Below are positions 9,378 to 17,786 of a stretch of DNA of 64,000 nt, piece after piece; the first letter of the stretch is position 1, and every line of letters begins with the position of its first letter. Source of the DNA: Clostridia bacterium. GTDB taxonomy: Bacteria; Bacillota; Clostridia; Oscillospirales; CAG-272. A program made the translations under genes and the position numbers. Where the stretch lies: the NCBI GenBank assembly GCA_017415805.1, contig JAFQEC010000019.1, positions 4,814 to 68,813 of the forward strand, in the 5' to 3' direction. Under the pieces are notes generated by a model that was not told where the DNA came from, made no database searches, and saw only the letters and a program-made list of their open reading frames with translations.

Positions 9378-10157
9378 TCAGTCCTCCATGATCGCCTCAA
9401 TGGCACCAATGCAGGCCGAGCGAAGCCCTGCGTGCTCCAGAGCCGTAACGCCCTTGATGGTAGAGCCGCCGGGCGAGCAGACCATATCCTTGAGGACCCC
9501 CGGGTGAAGCCCCGTTTCGCGCTGGAGCTTGGCTGCGCCCTCTACGGTCTCGGATACGAGCTTTTGTGCCGTGTCACGCGGAATACCGTAGCGCACCGCC
9601 GCATCGGCAAAGGCCTCGAGAAGAAGATCCACGAACGCAGGGCCACAGCCCGAGATCGCGCCGCCGATGCCCATCAGGCGAGAGGGAAGCGTGTGCACGG
9701 CACCGATCGAGGCGAACAGTGCGCGCGCCTCGGCGAGCTCCGCGGCGGTCAGCGTAGAAGTCTCTTCAAAAAGGAATACGCCCGCCCCTACCATGGCGGG
9801 GGTATTGGGCATTACGAACTGCACGCGCACGCTGTCGGGAAGGAGCGCACGGTAGCGCGCGTGATCCCATCCAAGCGCGATCGAGAGCAGGGCCTTGCCC
9901 GAGAGTGCGTCGCCCAGCGCAGTGATCGCGTCCTCGACCTGATGCGGTTTGCAGGCGATCAGCACCGTGTCGGCGTTCTTTGCTGCCTCGACAGCGGTTT
10001 TGGCCACGCCAATGCCGAGCTTGGCGGCTTTGTCAGCCAGCATGTCGGTGGCGGGGTCAAACGCCGTGATGTCTGCGGCGGCAAGCTTGCCCGACGAAAC
10101 AAAGCCCTGCGCCAGCGCAGTCGCCATGTTTCCCATTCCGATAAAAGCGAGCTTCAT
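9378..10157 (-). CDS. proC: pyrroline-5-carboxylate reductase
   Basis: NADP motif FIGMGNMATA, C-terminal SPGGSTI motif, 259 aa. Confidence 0.9.
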   Translation of the reverse strand: MKLAFIGMGNMATALAQGFVSSGKLAAADITAFDPATDMLADKAAKLGIGVAKTAVEAAKNADTVLIACKPHQVEDAITALGDALSGKALLSIALGWDHARYRALLPDSVRVQFVMPNTPAMVGAGVFLFEETSTLTAAELAEARALFASIGAVHTLPSRLMGIGGAISGCGPAFVDLLLEAFADAAVRYGIPRDTAQKLVSETVEGAAKLQRETGLHPGVLKDMVCSPGGSTIKGVTALEHAGLRSACIGAIEAIMED

Positions 10158-10192
10158 AAAAGCACCCTCCTGTATTCACACATTATAGATTT

Positions 10193-10221
10193 ATTATACT
10201 CTCCGTGCGCGCCCGTGTCAA
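10193..10221 (-). promoter_or_regulatory. sigma-A-type promoter for proC
   Basis: Minus strand TTGACA (10221-10216), 17 nt, TATAAT (10198-10193). Confidence 0.55.
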
Positions 10222-10239
10222 GTCTTGCACACGGAAAAC

Positions 10240-10270
10240 AGAAAAGGCCGAGCGTTTGCTCGGCCTTTTC
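10240..10270 (-). terminator. intrinsic terminator after rpmB
   Basis: 12-bp stem AAAAGGCCGAGC / GCTCGGCCTTTT, 4-nt loop. Confidence 0.75.
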
Positions 10271-10281
10271 TATGTCTCGTC

Positions 10282-10467
10282 TTACGCGCGGTTGACTTTG
10301 CCCGAACGCAGGCAACGAGAGCAAACCGCCACCGTGGTGGGGGCACCGTCAACGATAGCCTTTACCTTGCGGATGTTGGGCTTCCAAGAACGGTTGGTCT
10401 TACGGTGAGAGTGGGAAACGTTCTGGCCGAACGTCACGCCCTTTCCGCAAACACTGCACTTTGCCAT
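10282..10467 (-). CDS. rpmB: 50S ribosomal protein L28
   Basis: MAKCSVCGKG...SHSHRKTNR L28 signature; AGGAGG SD before ATG 10467. Confidence 0.95.
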   Translation of the reverse strand: MAKCSVCGKGVTFGQNVSHSHRKTNRSWKPNIRKVKAIVDGAPTTVAVCSRCLRSGKVNRA

Positions 10468-10532
10468 ATCTGACACCTCCTGTCGCACCCGACGGTGCTC
10501 GTCGTTTGAATCAAATTTCCATAACAATCCGT

Positions 10533-10561
10533 ATTATAACACACGCAAACAAAAAATGCAA
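10533..10561 (-). promoter_or_regulatory. sigma-A-type promoter for rpmB
   Basis: Minus strand TTGCAT (10561-10556), 17 nt, TATAAT (10538-10533). Confidence 0.5.
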
Positions 10562-10579
10562 GTGTTTTTTGTAATTTTT

Positions 10580-11917
10580 TTAGAACTTTTCGGCAAGCGC
10601 GGCACGCATCGCAGTGAAATCGCGCTCGGCAGCCGCTTTTTGAAACGCGGCGGCCGCATCGGCGCGGCACGTGGCCACGGGCGCGCTTACAAAGACCGAG
10701 AGTGTGGGGTGCTCGCACGGTGCGGTGATCACGCGCACACTCTGCGAGGGCAAGGAGAGCTCGGCCGTGACGCGGTGTAGCTCCAAGAGAAGCACAAGCG
10801 CCGCCGAGAGGGCTTGTGTATCCGCCGCGCGCGGTAGCTCCAGCACCGCACACAGCGTGGCATGCGCGGTGCGTGCACCCCGTATCATCAGCTCGCACAG
10901 CAGCGTGAGGAGCGCGCGCTCCGCACCCGATTCGGTGCGTACACCGCCAAGGTGGGTGTGGGCGTTCTCGGTGAATTGCGGGAAAGCGGGCGCAGGGGGT
11001 GTCATATTGTGCGCGGTCACGCAAAGTAGATGCCGCACCGAGGCGAGATCGCGCAAAAAGCGCAGATCCGACGAAGCGCGCACCGCCGCACCCTCACGCA
11101 CGACCAAGCGGCCGCTGTCGTCGGTCGAGCCAAGGAGCGTCAGCGGTGCTCCCGTGGCGAACAGTGTGGGGATCGCCGCTTCAGGTGCGAGCAGGAGCAA
11201 AAGCTCGCCCGTTCCCTCGGGGAGCTTGCCTGCATCCAGCACAAGACCGTTCAGACCGAGCAGTCGCGGCAGAAGGTCACTTGCCACAGTTGTGCAAAGG
11301 GCGTACACGCCGCGCGCGCGGTGTGTGGCAAGAAAACGCGTGATTTCGGCAAAGAAGGGCTCGTTGCCCGTGGGCGCGAGCGCGAGCAGGAGCGTGGCCG
11401 CGGCGGGACGCGGCATCGGCTGCGGCACACGTGCGGCGGCGACACCGCCGAGATCCAGCATAAGAGTGGGGGCTTTGCCCGCGCACCGCGCGGCAAGCTC
11501 GGCAGTGCGTCCGCAGAACAGGCTTGTATCGCGCGGCACGATCCCTGCGCGTGAGAGATAGGTACCGCAGGTGCTTGCCAGAGCCGACAGCGTCGGTGCG
11601 CCTGTTTGGCCGAGCTCGCGGCGTTGGCGCGCGATGTCAAGCCACGCGCGTGCGTAATCCGTGTTTTCGGTGATGAGCTCACGCGCCGCGGGAACGCTTG
11701 GCTGTGCGTGGCAGGCCGCGAGAAAGCGGTCGAGAAATTTCAACTCCCATACCGTGGGGTCGCGCTCCTTGCGCGTGCGATAGTAATCGCGGCAAAGCAC
11801 ACGCTCCTGCTCGTTCATCCAGAGGCCAAGCTCGGCACAAAGGTGTGAGAGCTCCTGCGGCGTCAGATTTCGGAAATTGTGGACCGTACAGTAGAGAAGG
11901 TCGGTGCTGCCGTTCAC
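10580..11917 (-). CDS. uncharacterised Ala/Leu/Arg-rich cytoplasmic protein, possibly a degenerate PurL / AIR-synthase-superfamily fold
   Basis: GTG 11917 overlaps the mtaB stop (GTGA) behind GGAGGAGG. The N-terminal motif RDPTVWELKFLDRFLAACHA resembles the PurL linker (R.PT..EL..F.Q.WSEHC.H) with catalytic residues replaced. Later segments resemble AIRS_C (LLLLAPEAAIPTLF...PLTLLGSTDDSGRLVV). Confidence 0.5.
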   Translation of the reverse strand: MNGSTDLLYCTVHNFRNLTPQELSHLCAELGLWMNEQERVLCRDYYRTRKERDPTVWELKFLDRFLAACHAQPSVPAARELITENTDYARAWLDIARQRRELGQTGAPTLSALASTCGTYLSRAGIVPRDTSLFCGRTAELAARCAGKAPTLMLDLGGVAAARVPQPMPRPAAATLLLALAPTGNEPFFAEITRFLATHRARGVYALCTTVASDLLPRLLGLNGLVLDAGKLPEGTGELLLLLAPEAAIPTLFATGAPLTLLGSTDDSGRLVVREGAAVRASSDLRFLRDLASVRHLLCVTAHNMTPPAPAFPQFTENAHTHLGGVRTESGAERALLTLLCELMIRGARTAHATLCAVLELPRAADTQALSAALVLLLELHRVTAELSLPSQSVRVITAPCEHPTLSVFVSAPVATCRADAAAAFQKAAAERDFTAMRAALAEKF

Positions 11918-13236
11918 GGGATCACCTCCTCCGACGTGCCCCAAAGCCGACCCTCGCGCAGCTCCGACACGCGCACGGTGCAAAGCTCTGCGCGCAACGG
12001 GGTGGGGGACGGAACGGCAACCTCAAAAAATGTATCGGTGTGGCCGATCGCCACGCCGTTCTCATAGGTTTCAAACAGGACCTCGCAAAGCGCTCCTGCG
12101 AGGGCTTTTTCGTACCGTTGGCGGCGCAATTCCTCCCCCAGCGCGATCAGCTCTGCCGAGCGCGCGCGGCGCACGGCCTGCGGGATCTGATCGGTGCGTG
12201 CGGCGGCAGGCGTTCCCGCACGGCGCGAATAGGAAAAGACGTGCATCTGCAAAAACTCGGCACGGCGCGCAAAATCCAGCGTGGCGGCAAAGTCCGCATC
12301 GGTCTCCCCCGGGAAGCCCACGATAAAATCGGTGGTCAGCTCCACGCGCGGGATGGCCGCGCGCAGGCGCTCAATACCTGCCATGGCCTGCTCGGCGTTG
12401 TATTTGCGCTTCATCTCGGCCAGCACGCGTGAGCTGCCGCTTTGCATCGAGATGTGAAAATGGGGCGCGAGATGCGTGAGGCGCGCGATGCGGCTCACAA
12501 AATCGGGCTTCATCAGTGAGGGATCCAACGACCCCAGGCGCACACGCCCAATGCCGGGGATGGCATCCACGGCCTCGAGCAGATCGGCGAACGAAACGCC
12601 CGAGAGATCCCGCCCCCACGAGGCGGTCTCAATACCCGTGAGCACGACCTCGCGGCAGCCGCCCGCCACAAGGCCCGTCACCTCTGCGAGCACCGCCTCC
12701 AAGGGCTTGGAGCGCACGCGGCCGCGTGCGGCGGGGATGGCACAGTAGGTGCAGCGGTTTTCACACCCGTCCTCGATCTTTACGTAGGCACGGGTACGGT
12801 CAAAGCGCGTGATCTGCATGGGCTCAAAGGGTGCGGTCTGCACGTTGCCCACGCGAACGGCTGGTGTGCCGGGCTTGCCCGTATCCAAAAGGCGCTTGGC
12901 CGCCGCTACTACCGAGAGCTTGTCGGTGTTGCCGCAAATATCATCCACGCCCGTAATGCGCGCCACCGCCTCGGGGCAGGACTGCGCAAAGCACCCCGTT
13001 ACCAGCACGAAGGCCTCGGGATTGCGCGTGCGCACGCGGCGCACCAGCTGCCCCGCCTTGCGGTCGGATTCTGCGGTGACGGTGCAGGTATTGATGACGT
13101 AAACGTCGGCGTGCTCATCGGCCGCACGCAGAGAAAAGCCCTCGCGCACGAAGGCCTCGGCGATCGCCTCGCTTTCGTATTGGTTGACCTTGCACCCTTG
13201 CGTGAGGATGGCGACGGTCGGCTGACTTCCTTGCAT
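11914..13236 (-). CDS. mtaB: tRNA threonylcarbamoyladenosine methylthiotransferase (MiaB-like radical SAM)
   Basis: UPF0004 N-domain (AILTQGCKVNQYESE), radical-SAM CENRCTYC, TRAM-like C-terminus; ATG 13236 after AAAGGAG. Confidence 0.85.
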   Translation of the reverse strand: MQGSQPTVAILTQGCKVNQYESEAIAEAFVREGFSLRAADEHADVYVINTCTVTAESDRKAGQLVRRVRTRNPEAFVLVTGCFAQSCPEAVARITGVDDICGNTDKLSVVAAAKRLLDTGKPGTPAVRVGNVQTAPFEPMQITRFDRTRAYVKIEDGCENRCTYCAIPAARGRVRSKPLEAVLAEVTGLVAGGCREVVLTGIETASWGRDLSGVSFADLLEAVDAIPGIGRVRLGSLDPSLMKPDFVSRIARLTHLAPHFHISMQSGSSRVLAEMKRKYNAEQAMAGIERLRAAIPRVELTTDFIVGFPGETDADFAATLDFARRAEFLQMHVFSYSRRAGTPAAARTDQIPQAVRRARSAELIALGEELRRQRYEKALAGALCEVLFETYENGVAIGHTDTFFEVAVPSPTPLRAELCTVRVSELREGRLWGTSEEVIP

Positions 13237-13264
13237 ACGGCACTCCTTTCGGTAAGCTGCTTCT

Positions 13265-13293
13265 ATTGTACCACGCGCACGCCGTACGGTCAA
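13265..13293 (-). promoter_or_regulatory. sigma-A-type promoter for mtaB
   Basis: Minus strand TTGACC (13293-13288), 17 nt ending TGG, TACAAT (13270-13265). Confidence 0.5.
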
Positions 13294-13331
13294 CCGCGAC
13301 GGCGAAAGTTTTGCAAAATTTTTGCTTTCCC

Positions 13332-13360
13332 TTGCAAAGAGATCGGGGATGTAGTATAAT
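13332..13360 (+). promoter_or_regulatory. sigma-A-type promoter for the RluA-family gene
   Basis: TTGCAA (13332-13337), 17 nt, TATAAT (13355-13360). Confidence 0.5.
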
Positions 13361-13396
13361 AAAGGGGAAGATTTTGCAAAAAAGGGGGAGAACGGT

Positions 13397-14356
13397 ATGC
13401 GTATTTTGACGGTCGGCCGCAACGATGCGGGGCAACGCCTGGACAAGTTTTTGACCAAGGCCGTGCGCGGTCTGCCCCTTTCGATGCTCTATAAGGCCAT
13501 CCGTACCAAAAAGATCAAGGTCAACCGTGCCCGCGCCAAGGAAAATCAGATCCTGGCCGAGGGCGATGAGATATTACTGTTCCTCAAGGATGAGTTCTTT
13601 GACGTTCCCGAAAACGATCGCGGTGCGCTCACAGCTATTCGACCCAAGCTCTCCATTGTGTATGAGGATGACAATATTCTTTTGCTCAACAAGCGCCCGG
13701 GGGTGCTGGTGCACGAGGATACCGAGGGGGGCGAGAATACGCTGATCCTGCACGTCAAGGCCTATTTGCATCAGAAGGGCGAATACGACCCCGATGCCGA
13801 GCAATCCTTTGCGCCTGCACTGTGCAACCGTATTGACCGCAACACGGGCGGCATCGTGATCGCGGCCAAGAACGCCGCGGCGCTGCGCGAGATGAACGAG
13901 AAGATCCGCGTGAATGAGGTGAGCAAGTTTTATCTGGCCGCAGTGAAAGGAACGCTGCAACGGCGCACCGACACCCTATCGGGCTACTTGCGCAAGGATG
14001 CCGCGAAAAACATCGTAACGGTATCGGAAAAACCGCTTGCGGGCGGCAAGCGCATCGTTACACGCTACCGCGTGCTGGCCGAACGGGCAGGCAATTCTTT
14101 GCTTGAGGTCGAGCTCATCACAGGGCGCACCCATCAGATCCGCGCACACATGGCCCACATCGGACATCCGCTGCTCGGTGACGGTAAATACGGCCAGAAT
14201 CGCGCCGAAAAGGGCAAGGGCTATAAATACCAAGCGCTTTATGCCTATCGCTTGCGCTTTGATTTTGCCGACGATGAGGGAACGCTTGGCTATTTGCGTG
14301 GCAGGGAATTTTCCATTGATCAAAACGAGGTTTGGTTTTTGAAGGACTTTTCGTGA
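13397..14356 (+). CDS. RluA-family 23S rRNA pseudouridine synthase (RluC/D-like)
   Basis: S4-like N-terminus, catalytic CNRIDRNTGG, HQIRAHMAHIGHPLLGDGKYG. Confidence 0.85.
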   Translation: MRILTVGRNDAGQRLDKFLTKAVRGLPLSMLYKAIRTKKIKVNRARAKENQILAEGDEILLFLKDEFFDVPENDRGALTAIRPKLSIVYEDDNILLLNKRPGVLVHEDTEGGENTLILHVKAYLHQKGEYDPDAEQSFAPALCNRIDRNTGGIVIAAKNAAALREMNEKIRVNEVSKFYLAAVKGTLQRRTDTLSGYLRKDAAKNIVTVSEKPLAGGKRIVTRYRVLAERAGNSLLEVELITGRTHQIRAHMAHIGHPLLGDGKYGQNRAEKGKGYKYQALYAYRLRFDFADDEGTLGYLRGREFSIDQNEVWFLKDFS

Positions 14357-14372
14357 AAGGGGGCATAACGGT

Positions 14373-15950
14373 GTGAGAAAATGGGCGTATCGCGCGCTTT
14401 TGCCGTTGGGCGGCGTGCTCACGGCGATCTGCCTTGTGTTTCCCTATGTGGGCTTTCTGGAATGGCTCACGCTCGTGCCCTCGCTCTACATCCTCTTTCA
14501 CACTGTCGCACAAGGGGAGATTCGCTTACGGCGGCTGTGGGAAATGGGATTTGTGTTCTTTTACAGCTTCTATCTTGTGATCTATCACTGGTTTCTCGCT
14601 CTCTATCCAATGGAGTTTGCGGGTGTTTCAAAGGGAACGGCGCTGCTGCTGGTGCTGTTTTGCTGGTTGGGGCTCTCGCTGCTGCAGGCCTTTTTCTCCT
14701 CACTCATCTTTCCGCTTTTCGGGTGGCTGGTGCGCACGCCGCTTTTGCGCAAGCACCCCATCCTCACGCCCTTTTTGTTCGCCGCGCAGTGGACGGTTTC
14801 GGAGTGGAGTCAGACCCTCACGTGGGCGGGCGTTCCGTGGGCGCGCTTGCCGCTGGGACAGATCGAGTACGGTGTTGTGGCGGGGGCGGCATCCCTGTTC
14901 GGCTCGTATCTGATCACCTTTGCGCTGGTCGCGGTCAACGGCCTTGTCGCATATGCGATCCTGAACCGAGTGCGCGTGCGCTTTTGCGGCATATCTGCGG
15001 CAACGGTGCTTGCCGCCGTACTGATCACGGGGGGCATCGGCTATGCCGCGGCACGACCCACGCAAGGCGAGCCTGTACGGGTCGCCGCCGTGCAGGGCAA
15101 TGTGGGCTCGAGTGACAAGTGGACGGGCAGCTCGCTCAAGCAAAGCTATGACGTGTACGAAACGTACACGCGCGAGGCGGCCGAGGCGGGTGCGGAGATC
15201 GTGGTCTTTCCCGAGACCTTTATTCCGCAGGGCATCAGCGACCGCAGCTCGCTTGGCAATTATGTGAAGGGATTGGCAAAATCCTATAACGTTACGATCG
15301 TTTGCGGCGCGTTTGACTACACCGACCAAGGTGATTATAACGCCGCCTTCACCGTGCACCCCGACGGCACCATCAACGAAACGGTGTACGCCAAGCGCCA
15401 CCTTGTGCCCTTCGGCGAATACGTGCCCATGCGCAAATTCGTTGAATTTGTGTTTCCGCCCCTGGCGGATATCGGCATGCTTGCCTCGGATCTTTCCCCG
15501 GGCACAGACAGCGCGGTCGTCACCACCGATATGGGGCGCTTCGGCACGATGATCTGCTTTGATTCGATCTACGAGGAGCTTGCGCGAGACAGCGTGCGCG
15601 ACGGCGCGCAGTTCTTCGTGCTCCCCACCAACGACTCCTGGTTTACCGACTCTGCGGCGGTCTATATGCACAGCCGCCAGGCCCGATTGCGCGCCATTGA
15701 AACGGGGCGCTGGATCGTGCGCTCGGCCGACACGGGCATCTCCTCGGTCATCTCGCCCACGGGCGAGAGCCTGGACGAGCAGCCGCCCCTTGTGGAGGGC
15801 ATGTCGCTTGCTACGCTCTACGCGCGCGACACGCGCACGCTGTATTCTTATATCGGAAATGCGTTCGTATATCTGCTCATCGCCGCGCTGGTGGCGGTGG
15901 CACTTACACCCCTCGGCGCGTGGTGGATGCGGCGGCGCAAGGAAAAATAA
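14373..15950 (+). CDS. lnt: apolipoprotein N-acyltransferase homologue
   Basis: Polytopic N-terminal membrane domain plus CN-hydrolase domain with E (VVFPE), K (AKRHLVPFGE) and C (ICFDS), and a final TM helix. Confidence 0.75.
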   Translation: MRKWAYRALLPLGGVLTAICLVFPYVGFLEWLTLVPSLYILFHTVAQGEIRLRRLWEMGFVFFYSFYLVIYHWFLALYPMEFAGVSKGTALLLVLFCWLGLSLLQAFFSSLIFPLFGWLVRTPLLRKHPILTPFLFAAQWTVSEWSQTLTWAGVPWARLPLGQIEYGVVAGAASLFGSYLITFALVAVNGLVAYAILNRVRVRFCGISAATVLAAVLITGGIGYAAARPTQGEPVRVAAVQGNVGSSDKWTGSSLKQSYDVYETYTREAAEAGAEIVVFPETFIPQGISDRSSLGNYVKGLAKSYNVTIVCGAFDYTDQGDYNAAFTVHPDGTINETVYAKRHLVPFGEYVPMRKFVEFVFPPLADIGMLASDLSPGTDSAVVTTDMGRFGTMICFDSIYEELARDSVRDGAQFFVLPTNDSWFTDSAAVYMHSRQARLRAIETGRWIVRSADTGISSVISPTGESLDEQPPLVEGMSLATLYARDTRTLYSYIGNAFVYLLIAALVAVALTPLGAWWMRRRKEK

Positions 15951-15981
15951 AAAAGAACCGCGCGGTGCGCGGTTCTTTTTT
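15951..15981. terminator. bidirectional terminator between lnt and rpsR
   Basis: 13-bp stem AAAAGAACCGCGC / GCGCGGTTCTTTT, 3-nt loop. Confidence 0.8.
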
Positions 15982-15986
15982 GCATA

Positions 15987-16241
15987 TTAGTCGGTCACGT
16001 AGGGCAGCAGAGCGACCTGACGAGCACGCTTGATTGCGCTGTTGAGCTCGCGCTGGTGCTTTGCGCACGCGCCGGAGATGCGGCGGGGCAGGATCTTGCC
16101 GCGCTCGCTGATGAACTTGCGCAGCTTTGCGGTATCCTTGTAATCAATGAAATCCACCTTATCCGCGCAGAAGATGCAAACCTTTTTTCTCTTGCGGTTC
16201 ATCGGGCGCGCGGGACGGGGAGTAGCTTCGGTTCTATCCAT
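15987..16241 (-). CDS. rpsR: 30S ribosomal protein S18
   Basis: S18 core [17 protein letters not shown]...RITGTCAKHQR-like; ATG 16241 is 10 nt after AGGAGG. Confidence 0.95.
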   Translation of the reverse strand: MDRTEATPRPARPMNRKRKKVCIFCADKVDFIDYKDTAKLRKFISERGKILPRRISGACAKHQRELNSAIKRARQVALLPYVTD

Positions 16242-16276
16242 GATATTCAATCCTCCTAAAAATATTGGATGACCTG

Positions 16277-16741
16277 TCAGAAGGGCAGATCATCGTCGGC
16301 CTTCAGCTCCTCGAAGTTGGGCGCAGTGCCCGCGGGAGTGGAGAAGGACGGTGCGGCATACGCATCGGGCGTGTAGCCGCCGGGTGCGGCACCCTCGTTG
16401 CGGCTGTCAACGAACATTGCTTCGTCCACAACCACCTCGGTGGCGTAACGGCGCTGATTCTGCTGATCCTGCCAGCTTCTGGTCTGGATCGAGCCGGTCA
16501 CGCAAAGCGCCGAGCCTTTTTTGAAATACTTTGAGATGAACTCGGCGGTCTGACGCCATGCCACAAGGCTGATGAAGTCAGCCTGCTGTGCCTGCGCACC
16601 GTCGGTGCCTCTCGACTGGAATCTGCGGTTCACGGCAAGGGTGAAGGTCACCACGGAAATGCCGCTGGACGTTTGCTTGAGCTCGGGGTCGGCAGTCAGC
16701 CGCCCGCAAAGAACGACCTTGTTCAGGTTCAAACTGGACAT
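16277..16741 (-). CDS. ssb: single-stranded DNA-binding protein
   Basis: OB-fold N-terminus [22 protein letters not shown], acidic tail DDDLPF. Confidence 0.95.
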   Translation of the reverse strand: MSSLNLNKVVLCGRLTADPELKQTSSGISVVTFTLAVNRRFQSRGTDGAQAQQADFISLVAWRQTAEFISKYFKKGSALCVTGSIQTRSWQDQQNQRRYATEVVVDEAMFVDSRNEGAAPGGYTPDAYAAPSFSTPAGTAPNFEELKADDDLPF

Positions 16742-16762
16742 ACCTGCATCCTCCTTGATTTT

Positions 16763-17170
16763 TTACTCTGCGGCAGGGGCTTCGGCAGGAGCTTCCTCGG
16801 CAACGGGCGCCTCGGGAGCAGCCTCCTCGGCAGCAGCCTCCTCAACAGGGGCGGCAACCGCCTTTGCAACAGCCTCATACTCGAGCTTGAGCACGAGCGA
16901 GCGCATCACGGTCTCGTCGATGTTGAACAGACGCTCCAGCTCTGCGGGGAACGCGGGCTCAGCCTTGAACGTGACCACCGTGTAGTAACCCTCGGGCATG
17001 TCGTTGATGGGGTATGCCAGACGGCGCTTGCCCCAGTCCGCCACTTCCACGATCTCGGCATTCTTGGCAATGATGTCGGTAAATTTCTTAACCGTTGCCT
17101 TGGCTGCCTCCTCGCCGTTGCTGACGTCGACGATGAACAGGGTCTCATACGAATTGATAACCTTTTCCAT
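16763..17170 (-). CDS. rpsF: 30S ribosomal protein S6 with Ala/Glu/Pro-rich C-terminal extension
   Basis: YETLFIVD..., GKRRLAYPI S6 core; ~38 extra residues (AAPVEEAAAEEAAPEAPVAEEAPAEAPAAE). Confidence 0.9.
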   Translation of the reverse strand: MEKVINSYETLFIVDVSNGEEAAKATVKKFTDIIAKNAEIVEVADWGKRRLAYPINDMPEGYYTVVTFKAEPAFPAELERLFNIDETVMRSLVLKLEYEAVAKAVAAPVEEAAAEEAAPEAPVAEEAPAEAPAAE

Positions 17171-17256
17171 AATTACACCTCCCTATGGACTTAAGACCGC
17201 ACCTGTCAGAATTTTTTGTGCGGTAAGGAGACGGGCACGGTTCATGCCCGCATCAA
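17171..17256 (-). promoter_or_regulatory. structured 5' leader of rpsF-ssb-rpsR (candidate S6:S18-binding leader)
   Basis: ~85-nt leader with two hairpins (GGGCA..TGCCC and ACCGCAC..GTGCGGT) just upstream of the GGGAGG SD. Confidence 0.3.
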
Positions 17257-17262
17257 TTCGGT

Positions 17263-17291
17263 ATTTTAACATGGATCATTATGCTTGTCAA
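17263..17291 (-). promoter_or_regulatory. sigma-A-type promoter for rpsF operon
   Basis: Minus strand TTGACA (17291-17286), 17 nt, TAAAAT (17268-17263). Confidence 0.55.
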
Positions 17292-17369
17292 GTATAAAAT
17301 GTGCGCAAACACAAAAAATTTACAATTATAGGATGAAAATGCCGTCGAAAAGAAAAAATAAAAAAGTGC

Positions 17370-17398
17370 TTGACAAGCGGAGCAGAGTGTGGTATACT
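17370..17398 (+). promoter_or_regulatory. sigma-A-type promoter for ylxM-ffh-rpsP
   Basis: TTGACA (17370-17375), 17 nt ending TGG, TATACT (17393-17398); A-rich upstream tract. Confidence 0.55.
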
Positions 17399-17438
17399 CT
17401 GTAAAGGATTTTGCTTTACAGGCAAAGGAGGCGCGCAT

Positions 17439-17768
17439 ATGTTTGAAAAAAATCTGGCGCTGGTCCCTCTTTTGGATTGGTACGGTGCTCTGCTCTCCGA
17501 GCGACAGCGCACGCTGCTGGATCTCTACTATAATCAAGATCTCTCGCTTGCCGAAATTGCCGCCGAGGTCGGGATCTCCCGTCAGGGCGTGCGCGAGGGC
17601 ATCAAAAAGGCCGAGGAGGAGATCTCCTTCTTTGAGCAGCATCTGCACCTTGCCGCGCGCGCCGAGGCTCTGCTCTTGGCAGGGAAGCGGATCGAGGTTG
17701 ATGCCGAGAGCGAGGAAACGCGAACCGCTGTGCGCGCGCTGCTGGAGGCGGCGGGCCTCACACAATAA
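17439..17768 (+). CDS. ylxM: UPF0122/YlxM putative HTH protein
   Basis: HTH LSLAEIAAEVGISRQGV; directly upstream of ffh as in Bacillus; AAGGAGG SD. Confidence 0.85.
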   Translation: MFEKNLALVPLLDWYGALLSERQRTLLDLYYNQDLSLAEIAAEVGISRQGVREGIKKAEEEISFFEQHLHLAARAEALLLAGKRIEVDAESEETRTAVRALLEAAGLTQ

Positions 17769-17786
17769 ATAGAGAAAGGCGATATT

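Noticed and set aside
9374-9409. Longer start for the SGNH hydrolase overlapping proC by 32 nt
   Set aside because: It has no SD, whereas GTG 9373 is correctly spaced from GGAGGA.
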